NCBI GenBank assembly: GCA_903897875.1
Contig: CAIUDK010000315.1
Coordinates: forward strand, 1 to 62,406
Direction of reading: 5' to 3'
From: an uncultured Hyphomicrobiales bacterium
GTDB taxonomy: Bacteria > Pseudomonadota > Alphaproteobacteria > Rhizobiales > Beijerinckiaceae
DNA length: 62,406 nt
The position numbers and the translations under genes were made by a program. Below, in pieces: positions 52,619 through 60,822 of this stretch. Each line of letters begins with the position of its first letter. Within the stretch, counting starts at the first letter, position 1. A model generated the notes under the pieces. That model saw nothing but the letters and a program-made list of their open reading frames with translations. It was not told the origin of the DNA and made no database searches.

Positions 52619-53094
52619 AGGTCTGCTCCGGTTCGATGGATTGAGCGTCGAACCGATGGGCCCGGACGTCTTTCCGAAAATAAGATGGCGCTGAAGTCAC
52701 CCAGCGGCCACAAACCCCAACATATGATCCTAAGGGATCAAGACTTGAGTGGGCACGCGAATGACCGATAACAGACATGCAGATGCGCGCTGAAATCGTG
52801 CGTGGCTTATGAGACATTGCGCACCACAAGTCAATTGTAGAGGGCAAGATCAAGCAATCTATACCCCAGCGGCACCGGCTTGGCATTAAAGATCGAGGCT
52901 TTGCGTGTCCGAGCTTGGCTTTAAGGGGCGGCTTTGGGCGACTTTTGGGGGCGTTGGGCGGGCTTTCGTAGAAGGGGTGCTAGCCAGAACGGGGGCTTGG
53001 CTCTAAACACAAGAGAACGCATAAAATTCAAGAAAATATATGGGCGCCGCCTCAAGGTGCCCTCAATCTCGAAAAGCCCAAGGAATCTAAGTCT

Positions 53095-53661
53095 ATGAGC
53101 CAGAAAAAACCCTTCATCGTTGGTATTGGCGGCACAACCCGCCCCGGTTCCTCGTCCGAGCAGGCTCTAGCCTTGGCCTTGCGGCACGTCTCTAAGCAGG
53201 CCGAGGTCCGTTTGTTCTCTGGCACTGACCTTCTTTTGCCGATGTATGACGCGGTGCCTGGCGAACTGCCCCAAGGCGCCAAGGACCTCATTGAGGCGCT
53301 GCGCCGGGCCGATGGCATTATTCTGGCCTCGCCTTGCTATCACGGCGCCGTGTCGGGCCTTGTGAAAAACGCGCTCGATTATGTGGAAGAAATGCGCGCC
53401 GATCCGCGGGTCTATTTCGATGGTCGCGCTGTGGGCTCAATCGGCTGCGGTTTTGGCTATCAGGGGCCGGGCGTTGTTTTGGGGCAGTTGCGCCAGATGA
53501 CCCATGCTTTGCGTGGCTGGCCCGTGCCAATGGGTGTGGCCATCAATACCGCTGTCACGAAATTCCAAGACGGCAATTGCAATGACGAGGGCGTCGCCAA
53601 ACAGATCGCCATCATGGCCGATCAGGTGCTTGAATTTGCTGTGATGCGGATGCGCGCATAG
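53095..53661 (+). CDS. NAD(P)H-dependent FMN reductase (SsuE/MsuE-like flavodoxin fold)
   Basis: GGTTRPGSSS and ADGIILASPCYHGAVSGLVKNALD. Confidence 0.9.
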   Translation: MSQKKPFIVGIGGTTRPGSSSEQALALALRHVSKQAEVRLFSGTDLLLPMYDAVPGELPQGAKDLIEALRRADGIILASPCYHGAVSGLVKNALDYVEEMRADPRVYFDGRAVGSIGCGFGYQGPGVVLGQLRQMTHALRGWPVPMGVAINTAVTKFQDGNCNDEGVAKQIAIMADQVLEFAVMRMRA

Positions 53662-53694
53662 CGCACAAATACAGATGCGCGCATAGCGCACAAA
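53649..53694 (+). repeat. 21-bp direct repeat x2 (25-bp period) overlapping the reductase stop codon
   Basis: GATGCGCGCATAGCGCACAAA at 53649-53669 and 53674-53694. Confidence 0.85.
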
Positions 53695-53704
53695 ATAGTC
53701 TTAT

Positions 53705-53740
53705 AAAAGCGGGTGACGTTTCAAAAAGACGTCACCCGCT
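53705..53740. terminator. Terminator between convergent genes
   Basis: AGCGGGTGACGT/ACGTCACCCGCT stem with a T run on the minus strand. Confidence 0.75.
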
Positions 53741-53752
53741 CGCAATTCAAGC

Positions 53753-54820
53753 CTACTTCGTATTTTGCTCGATGCCGCCGATGATTTCATGCAGCCGGTC
53801 AGCAATCGCTTTGGGTGTTGAGGTGATCTCCCCCACGACTCTTTGCATCTCCACACCCGACACGGGCTGGATATCAAAATGTTCGCGCGCCGCTGTCTCG
53901 ATAAAGACCGGGTCGGTCATGGTCTCGTCAAAGGCTTTGCGAAGGGCCGCCACGCGGGCAGCTGGCACATCTGGCCCCACATAAAGCGGACGCCCCACTT
54001 CAACCGAGGCTGAGAGAAGTTTCAGCACAGCGCGGTCCGCTTCATTGGTGGCAAGGTCCATCAACAAAGGTACGTCTTGCAAATCAGACGCCTTTTTCAG
54101 GCCAATTTGCACCAAAATATTGATTTTCTTGTCACGCAGCCAATCTGGGCGCGTGGCTTTCCAGCCAGTCCAGCTGTTGGAGCCGCGTGCACCCACTTCG
54201 CCTTTTTCCAAAGCTAGGTTGATGTCATTGCCACCGGGATAGCCGACGATGATTTTGAATTTCGTGCCCAGAATCGCATTCATTGCCTTGGGATATTGCG
54301 AAGAGGTCGAGCCACCTGTCGCACCCACAGCGATTTCTGTTTTGCGCGCATCCTCAATCGTCTTCACGCCGGTTGTGTACCAAGTCGCAAAGGTGTTGTT
54401 CTCAGCATTGGGGTTGCCGATATACTGAAACCTGTTGGTGTCGAAAGTGATGGCCTTGTCGCCCATTGCCTGTTCAACCGCCAAGGATTGATCGCCCGTG
54501 GCAATCACAGTGCCGTCCTTGGGTGCAATGCTATAGACAAACCCAGCGGCCACGCGGCTTCCACCACCGGGCATATTGCGCACAACAACTTTTGGCTTGC
54601 CCGGAATGTGCTCGCCAATAAAGCGGCCCACGAGGCGCGCATACAAATCATATGTGCCACCGGGCGAATAGCCGATGACCAGATCGATGGTTTTGTTTTT
54701 ATAAAAGTCTGCAACGTCATCGGCGCGCGCAGGGGAGACTGCGGGCGCACCGACAAGCACTCCTGCAAACACTCCGGACAGGAGCGCAACACTCAGCGCT
54801 GTGTGGCGAGCAAAGGTCAT
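53753..54820 (-). CDS. Bug/TctC family substrate-binding protein (copy 5)
   Basis: PGGTYD, NMPGGGS and GYPGGNDINLALEKGE. Confidence 0.88.
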   Translation of the reverse strand: MTFARHTALSVALLSGVFAGVLVGAPAVSPARADDVADFYKNKTIDLVIGYSPGGTYDLYARLVGRFIGEHIPGKPKVVVRNMPGGGSRVAAGFVYSIAPKDGTVIATGDQSLAVEQAMGDKAITFDTNRFQYIGNPNAENNTFATWYTTGVKTIEDARKTEIAVGATGGSTSSQYPKAMNAILGTKFKIIVGYPGGNDINLALEKGEVGARGSNSWTGWKATRPDWLRDKKINILVQIGLKKASDLQDVPLLMDLATNEADRAVLKLLSASVEVGRPLYVGPDVPAARVAALRKAFDETMTDPVFIETAAREHFDIQPVSGVEMQRVVGEITSTPKAIADRLHEIIGGIEQNTK

Positions 54821-54885
54821 GATGTCTCTTCCCTAGAATTTACGTTTTTAATTTTTGAGTGTTTGAACGTTTACACGTTTCTCTG

Positions 54886-54952
54886 GATGAGTGCCAACTG
54901 CGCCCCAAATCTTCGTCACCGAAGATTCGGATGGGGCGTCAGCTCACGCATC
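54886..54952 (-). other. Long imperfect hairpin with GNRA (GUGA) tetraloop
   Basis: Minus strand GATG..AGCTG-A-CGCCCCA-TCCG-AATCTTCG-GTGA-CGAAGATT-TGGGGCG-CAGTT..CATC. Confidence 0.55.
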
Positions 54953-54973
54953 TGTCGTATTCAAGAGCGCAGT

Positions 54974-55621
54974 CTATTCCGCGTCGGGCTGCACGTCTGG
55001 CAGGGCAGCTGCAAAGGCTGGCAGTTCGATACACGCGCGGTGAATGCGGCTGATGGTAGGATAGGGCGTCATATCAACCTGAAAGCGCGTGTTGTTGATG
55101 ACTTGAGGCACAAGGCAAACATCGGCCAAGGTCGGCGTGTTGCCGTGGCAGAAGGTGCCGGTGCTGGCCTCAGAGGCCAAGCGCTGTTCGAGCGGCGCGA
55201 AGGTTTCCTTGACCCAATGGCGGAACCATTCAGCCACCGCGCCATCGTTGGCACCAAAGCGCTTCGATAAATCCTGCAAGACGCGCAGATTGTTGATCGG
55301 GTGAATTTCACACGCCACCATATAGGCCAAAGAGCGCACACGGGCGCGTCCAACAGCGTCCTTAGGCAGCAGGGCTGGCTCAGGATGTGTCTCGTCGAGA
55401 TATTCGAGAATGGCCAATGATTGCGTCAAAACATGGTTGTCGATTTCGAGCGTTGGCACCAAGCCTTGTGGGTTGAGCATCAAATAATCTGGCGCGCGCT
55501 GCTCGCCCTTGCGCAAATGACGAAACCGCTGATCATAGGCCAGACCCTTCAGGTTGAGCGCAATGCGCACCCGGAAGGCGGTGGATGAGCGGAAAAAGCC
55601 ATGCAGCAAGGTGGAATTCAT
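54974..55621 (-). CDS. maiA: Maleylacetoacetate/maleylpyruvate isomerase (GST zeta)
   Basis: FRSSTAFRVRIALNLKG, NPQGLVP, TQSLAILEYL and EIHPINNLRVL. Confidence 0.92.
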   Translation of the reverse strand: MNSTLLHGFFRSSTAFRVRIALNLKGLAYDQRFRHLRKGEQRAPDYLMLNPQGLVPTLEIDNHVLTQSLAILEYLDETHPEPALLPKDAVGRARVRSLAYMVACEIHPINNLRVLQDLSKRFGANDGAVAEWFRHWVKETFAPLEQRLASEASTGTFCHGNTPTLADVCLVPQVINNTRFQVDMTPYPTISRIHRACIELPAFAAALPDVQPDAE

Positions 55622-55925
55622 GGGTGATCTCTTATGGTTGCCGTGTTTCATGGACGATAGGCTGGATAGCAGTCTTGACCCAAACCGCGTCTTGCACGCC
55701 ATTTAAGCCGCAATCCATTCAAAATCTATAGCGCCGAGCCAAGTCGCCCCAAGCACTTGTCACCTCAAGCTCGTATTTCAAGCTCTTGCGCCGCCTTCCC
55801 CAAGACGGCATGCTGGCCTATATAGAGCGGGCAGCTAGCTTTGCTTTAAGGTCACGACCCGCTAGCCAGCCTATCAAAAAAATGAGACGCATATTTCTGA
55901 GGAAATTTCCCAGCAGGAGATCAGC

Positions 55926-58082
55926 ATGAATCGGTTGAGTGTCGGTGGTCTGAACGTTGCAAAAGTTCTTTACGATTTTGTCGACAAGGAAGCGCTGCCA
56001 GGTACGGGCCTGAATGCTGAAGGTTTTTGGAGTGGTTTGGCTAAGGTGCTGGGCGAGTTGGCTCCCCGCAATGCACTGCTATTAGCAAAGCGCGATGAAT
56101 TGCAGGCCAAAATTGACGCTTGGCATGTCGCCCATCGCGGCCAGCCGATCAATCAGGCTGAGTATGAAGCGTTTTTGGCGCAGATTGGCTATCTCTTGCC
56201 AGAGCCCACCGAGGGCAAAATTCGCACCGAACATGTCGATGATGAAATCGCCCGCATTGCTGGCCCCCAGCTCGTCGTGCCCATGTCCAATGCCCGCTAT
56301 GCACTCAATGCCGCCAATGCGCGTTGGGGCTCGTTGTATGATGCGCTCTATGGCACAGATGCTTTGCCTCAAGAGGGACCACGCGCCAAAGGCTTTGATG
56401 CAGCACGCGGTGCGCAAGTTGTTGCACGCGCCAAAGCGTTTCTGGATGAGGCTGTGCCATTGGCCAAGGGCCATCACGCCGATGCCACCGCTTACGCCAT
56501 TGTCGATGGTGCGCTTGTCGTCACCTTGAAAGACGGCTCGCAGACATCGTTGAAAGAGCCAGCTAAATTGGCGGGCTTTGTTGGCGATGCGCAGGCACCC
56601 AAGCTCGTGCTCTTCGTTGATCACAATCTGCATATCGAAGTGCGTATTGATAAGACGCATCTGATTGGCAAAACCGATCCTGCTGGCGTAGCTGACATTG
56701 TGCTGGAATCAGCCCTCACGACCATTATGGATATGGAAGATTCCGTTGCAGCCGTGGATGCTGAGGACAAGGTCGAGGTCTATCGCAATTGGTTGGGCCT
56801 GATGAAATCGACATTGACCGCGAGCTTTGAAAAAGGCGGCGGCACTGTGGAGCGTCATCTCAATCCAGATCGCGTCTACACAAAACCAAAGGGCGGCGAG
56901 TTGCGCCTCAAGGGCCGCTCGCTGATGCTGGCCCGCAATGTCGGCAATCATATGTATACCGATATGGTGACAGATGCGCATGGCAAGGATGTGCCAGAAG
57001 GCATGGTCGATGCTGCCATCACAGCGCTGATTGCTTTGCATGACATCAAGGGCACGCAGTCGATCCACAACAGCACGACTGGCTCGCTCTATATCGTGAA
57101 ACCAAAAATGCATGGTCCTGAAGAAGTTGCTCTTGCCAGCGATTTGTTCTCACGCGTTGAAGATATCGTCGGCCTGCCGCGCTTTGCGATGAAGATGGGC
57201 ATTATGGACGAGGAGCGCCGCACAACGGTCAATCTGAAAGCCTGTATTTTGGCGGCCAGTGATCGCGTTGTGTTCATCAACACCGGCTTCTTGGATCGCA
57301 CGGGTGATGAGATTCACACGTCGATGGAAGCGGGCCCGATGGTGCGCAAAAACGATATGAAAACGACGGCGTGGATTCCAGCCTATGAGAATTCCAATGT
57401 TGATATTGGTTTGATCTGCGGCCTACCGGGTCGTGCGCAAATCGGTAAGGGCATGTGGGCGGCGCCTGATCGCATGGCTGATATGCTGGCCCAAAAAATT
57501 GGTCATCCGCAATCGGGTGCCAACACAGCTTGGGTGCCATCGCCAACAGCGGCGACCTTGCATGCGCTGCACTATCATCAAGTTGACGTATTTGCCCGCC
57601 AAAAGGAATTGGCATCACGGCCTAAAGCCAAAGTGTCGGACATTCTCACCATCCCCATGTCCAATTCCAACTGGGCGCCTGACGCTGTCCAGCAGGAACT
57701 CGACAACAATTGTCAGGGCATTTTGGGTTATGTGGTGCGCTGGATCGATCAAGGTGTGGGATGTTCCAAAGTGCCAGACATTCACGATGTGGGCTTGATG
57801 GAAGATCGCGCCACTTTGCGCATTTCCAGCCAGCACATTGCCAATTGGTTGCGCCACAAAGTCATCACTGAGGCACAGGTGATGGAAACATTGAAGCGCA
57901 TGGCGGCGGTCGTTGATCGTCAAAATGCGGGCGATGCTTTGTATACGCCGATGGCGCCTGCGTGTGATGGCATTGCGTTTCAGGCCGCGAGCGATTTGAT
58001 CTTCAAGGGTCGCGAACAGCCCAATGGCTATACGGAATTTGTGCTGACTGCGCGCCGCCGCGAGGCCAAAGCACGCAAATAA
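55926..58082 (+). CDS. glcB: Malate synthase G
   Basis: [36 protein letters not shown] and [11 protein letters not shown]. Confidence 0.97.
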   Translation: MNRLSVGGLNVAKVLYDFVDKEALPGTGLNAEGFWSGLAKVLGELAPRNALLLAKRDELQAKIDAWHVAHRGQPINQAEYEAFLAQIGYLLPEPTEGKIRTEHVDDEIARIAGPQLVVPMSNARYALNAANARWGSLYDALYGTDALPQEGPRAKGFDAARGAQVVARAKAFLDEAVPLAKGHHADATAYAIVDGALVVTLKDGSQTSLKEPAKLAGFVGDAQAPKLVLFVDHNLHIEVRIDKTHLIGKTDPAGVADIVLESALTTIMDMEDSVAAVDAEDKVEVYRNWLGLMKSTLTASFEKGGGTVERHLNPDRVYTKPKGGELRLKGRSLMLARNVGNHMYTDMVTDAHGKDVPEGMVDAAITALIALHDIKGTQSIHNSTTGSLYIVKPKMHGPEEVALASDLFSRVEDIVGLPRFAMKMGIMDEERRTTVNLKACILAASDRVVFINTGFLDRTGDEIHTSMEAGPMVRKNDMKTTAWIPAYENSNVDIGLICGLPGRAQIGKGMWAAPDRMADMLAQKIGHPQSGANTAWVPSPTAATLHALHYHQVDVFARQKELASRPKAKVSDILTIPMSNSNWAPDAVQQELDNNCQGILGYVVRWIDQGVGCSKVPDIHDVGLMEDRATLRISSQHIANWLRHKVITEAQVMETLKRMAAVVDRQNAGDALYTPMAPACDGIAFQAASDLIFKGREQPNGYTEFVLTARRREAKARK

Positions 58083-58110
58083 GCAGGGCCTGAATATTAG
58101 ATAGGACTAG

Positions 58111-58145
58111 CGGCGGCTCGGACTCATTCCGAGCCGCCGTTTTTT
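58111..58145 (+). terminator. Rho-independent terminator after glcB
   Basis: CGGCGGCTCGGA-CTCAT-TCCGAGCCGCCG-TTTTTT. Confidence 0.85.
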
Positions 58146-58153
58146 GGAAAGTT

Positions 58154-58741
58154 ATGATGAGAACCTCAGACATATTGTCGCGGCTGGCCAAAGAGCCGGG
58201 AGAACGATTGAGCGTTGGCACAATTTTGTCTGTGCTTGGTGATCGCTCCTTTGCAGTGCTGGTGGTGTTTTTAGGTCTGCCCAACTGCATTCCCATGCCG
58301 CCACCCATTCCGACCGTGTCCGCGCTCTTGTTATTGTCTGTGGCGGTGCAATTTTTTATCGGGCGCAGCGCGCCCTATTTGCCGCAAAAACTTTTGACGA
58401 AATCGGTGGCCACCGCTGATGTGGCGCGTGCGGTTAAGCGCGCTTTGCCAACAATGTTGTTTTTAGAGCGCTGGTCTCAGTCACGTTTGCAATGGCTTTC
58501 ACCCCGCTGGTCGGGCGTGATGATTGGCACTTTGTTGCTGATCTTGGCGCTGTGCGTGTTGTTGGCAGCACCCATCATCGGGCAAATTCCATTTGGCCTT
58601 GCCATTTGTTTGATCGGTCTGGGGCTTGTTGAACGCGATGGTATTTTGGTTGTGATTGGCACAGTCATTGGCGCTGTTGGTTTGTTCCTAAGCGCTAGTT
58701 TTGCCTATGCCGTGTTTGTGGGTTTGAAGAGCTGGTTTTGA
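58154..58741 (+). CDS. exoD: ExoD family exopolysaccharide synthesis membrane protein
   Basis: LGDRSFA, LPNCIPMP and GLVERDG. Confidence 0.88.
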   Translation: MMRTSDILSRLAKEPGERLSVGTILSVLGDRSFAVLVVFLGLPNCIPMPPPIPTVSALLLLSVAVQFFIGRSAPYLPQKLLTKSVATADVARAVKRALPTMLFLERWSQSRLQWLSPRWSGVMIGTLLLILALCVLLAAPIIGQIPFGLAICLIGLGLVERDGILVVIGTVIGAVGLFLSASFAYAVFVGLKSWF

Positions 58742-58766
58742 TTGAAGTGGATTGCTGCGCGAAAAC

Positions 58767-59819
58767 TCAAACCCCATAAAACGCGCGATACCAATCCACA
58801 AAACGTCCGATGCCTGTGGTCAAATCCGTTGATGGGCGAAAGCCCACGGCCTTTTCCAAATCTTCAATATCAGCAAAAGTAGCGTGCACATCGCCTAGCT
58901 GCATGGGCAAAAATTCTTTGCGCGCTTGCTTGCCAAGTGCGGCTTCCAGAGTCTCCACAAGCGTCAGCAATTCCACCGGGCGATTGTTGCCGATGTTGAA
59001 AATACGATAGGGCGCAGTACTCGAGGAGGGATCAGGGCGTGCGCTGTTCCAGTCCAAATTGGCTGCCGCCACATGATCGAGCGTGCGCACCACACCTTCC
59101 ACAATGTCATCAATGAACGTGAAATCGCGCTGCATCTGTCCATTGTTGAAGAGCTTGATGGGCTCATCATTGAGGATGGCGCGGGTGAATAAAAACAGCG
59201 CCATGTCAGGTCGGCCCCACGGACCATAGACGGTGAAAAACCGCAGGCCCGTTGTGGGGAGTTGATAGATATGGCTGTAAGAATGAGCGGTCAGTTCATT
59301 GGCGCGTTTTGTCGCCGCATAGAGTGACAGCGGATGATCGACGCCGTGATGCGTTGAAAACGGCATCTGCGTATTGGCACCATAGACCGAGCTTGATGAG
59401 GCATAGACAAAATGCTCGCAAGCGCTTTGGCGCGCGGCATCGATCACATTAAAAAAGCCAGTCGAATTGGAATTGAGGTAATCGCGCGGATGGGTGATGG
59501 AATGTCGCACACCTGCTTGCGCGGCCAGATGCACAACGCGTGTTGGCGCGTGATCTGTGAAAAGTTTTTCAACCGTAGATTGGTCGGCGCAATCGCCGCG
59601 CACAAAAGTGAAATGCGTATGCTCGCTGAGTAGTTTTAGGCGCGCCTCTTTGAGCGCTACATCGTAGTAATCATTGACATTATCGAGGCCAATAACACGG
59701 TCGCCGCGTGCCAGTAGTTTTTGGGCCACATGGAAGCCAATAAATCCGGCGGCTCCTGTCACAAGCACTGTGCAGTTATGTGTCTGTGCGTGTGGCGAGG
59801 CATTTTTTGGGGTTTTCAT
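58767..59819 (-). CDS. NAD-dependent epimerase, UDP-glucuronate 4-epimerase (LpsL-like)
   Basis: TGAAGFIG, HLAAQAGVR, SLYAATK and RFFTVYGPWGRPDMA. Confidence 0.92.
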   Translation of the reverse strand: MKTPKNASPHAQTHNCTVLVTGAAGFIGFHVAQKLLARGDRVIGLDNVNDYYDVALKEARLKLLSEHTHFTFVRGDCADQSTVEKLFTDHAPTRVVHLAAQAGVRHSITHPRDYLNSNSTGFFNVIDAARQSACEHFVYASSSSVYGANTQMPFSTHHGVDHPLSLYAATKRANELTAHSYSHIYQLPTTGLRFFTVYGPWGRPDMALFLFTRAILNDEPIKLFNNGQMQRDFTFIDDIVEGVVRTLDHVAAANLDWNSARPDPSSSTAPYRIFNIGNNRPVELLTLVETLEAALGKQARKEFLPMQLGDVHATFADIEDLEKAVGFRPSTDLTTGIGRFVDWYRAFYGV

Positions 59820-59881
59820 GGCGGTATTGGTAGCGCCCTGACGGTTTTCATTCAACCCTTGCGGTAGGCCACCAAGGCTTC

Positions 59882-60550
59882 TTATTCAGACTCTAGGTTG
59901 TAAAGTTTGGCCAGACTTGCTGGCTTGGCCCCCTTGGCAAAGGCTTGGCGCAATTTGAACGACAGCCAAAATTGTTCGAGCGAAATGGGCGGTGACAGCA
60001 GTTTGACTGGCTTTTCGATTCTTAAGGGCGGCCCTAATTTTTGAAGGGCCATTGAGAATGCGACATCTTCCAGAATGGGCAGCAGCGGCACCCCGCCTGC
60101 CAGCGCAAAGCCTGAGCGGGTCACAAAAATCGCCTGATCTGCCCGATAGATATCGCTCAACCGCGATTCCATATCGCGCAAAAAGGCCGTTATTCCGATC
60201 TCCCTTTGGGTGATCCGAAAGCCACCCCAAACACGCCGGCTCTTGCGCAGGCCATCGCTGATTTGGTCCATCGCATCAACGGGTAGGCGAATATTGGGGT
60301 GCAAAAACAAAAAGATAGGGTGGTGGGCCACATTGGCTCCGGCGTTGATGCGGTCGCCCCAGCTGCGCTGGTCTTGGAGCATCATGTCACACAAGGGCCG
60401 GGCCATCGCGACGGTATGATCGCGACTGCCACCGTCGCAGACGATCACTTCATGGCCAATCGCCCGCAAAGCCTGAAGTGGCTGGAGGGTGTTTTCAATC
60501 TCATTCTCGTTATTCTTCGTCGATATGATGATCGAAATATAGGTGGCCAA
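59882..60550 (-). CDS. GT2 family glycosyltransferase (TIGR04283-like) with degenerate motifs
   Basis: VIVCDGGSRD, NAGA, DQAIFV and LEDV are present. FLHPN stands where FLHAD is expected. Confidence 0.75.
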   Translation of the reverse strand: MATYISIIISTKNNENEIENTLQPLQALRAIGHEVIVCDGGSRDHTVAMARPLCDMMLQDQRSWGDRINAGANVAHHPIFLFLHPNIRLPVDAMDQISDGLRKSRRVWGGFRITQREIGITAFLRDMESRLSDIYRADQAIFVTRSGFALAGGVPLLPILEDVAFSMALQKLGPPLRIEKPVKLLSPPISLEQFWLSFKLRQAFAKGAKPASLAKLYNLESE

Positions 60551-60822
60551 ACTCTATCCCTCTGATTCGCCTATGATTATAGGCCATAAGGCGTCGGTTT
60601 GGCTTGCGGGCGGCGGGGGCGCGCTTGTCCTTTGCCCCGGCTTGCTTTCGCGAAAGCCTATCTCCATACTTGGGCGACGCTGAAGGTTGGAGCGGGAACA
60701 TCCTCGAGGATTGTTCCGATTTAGCCCCAGATATCATCAAAATAGCCAAGTTGGCGCGTCCATCGGACGCACCACGGCAGATCGTCGCAAAAGCGGCGGG
60801 ATATAAAATTGGGAGGACGACC

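Noticed and set aside
52619-53094. Possible oriC or dnaA next to rpmH
   Set aside because: No dnaA and no cluster of TTATCCACA boxes seen.
53649-53694. CRISPR-like repeat
   Set aside because: Only two copies with a 4-bp spacer, and no cas genes.
54296-55270. 324-aa + strand ORF
   Set aside because: Antisense to the Bug and maiA genes; no motifs.
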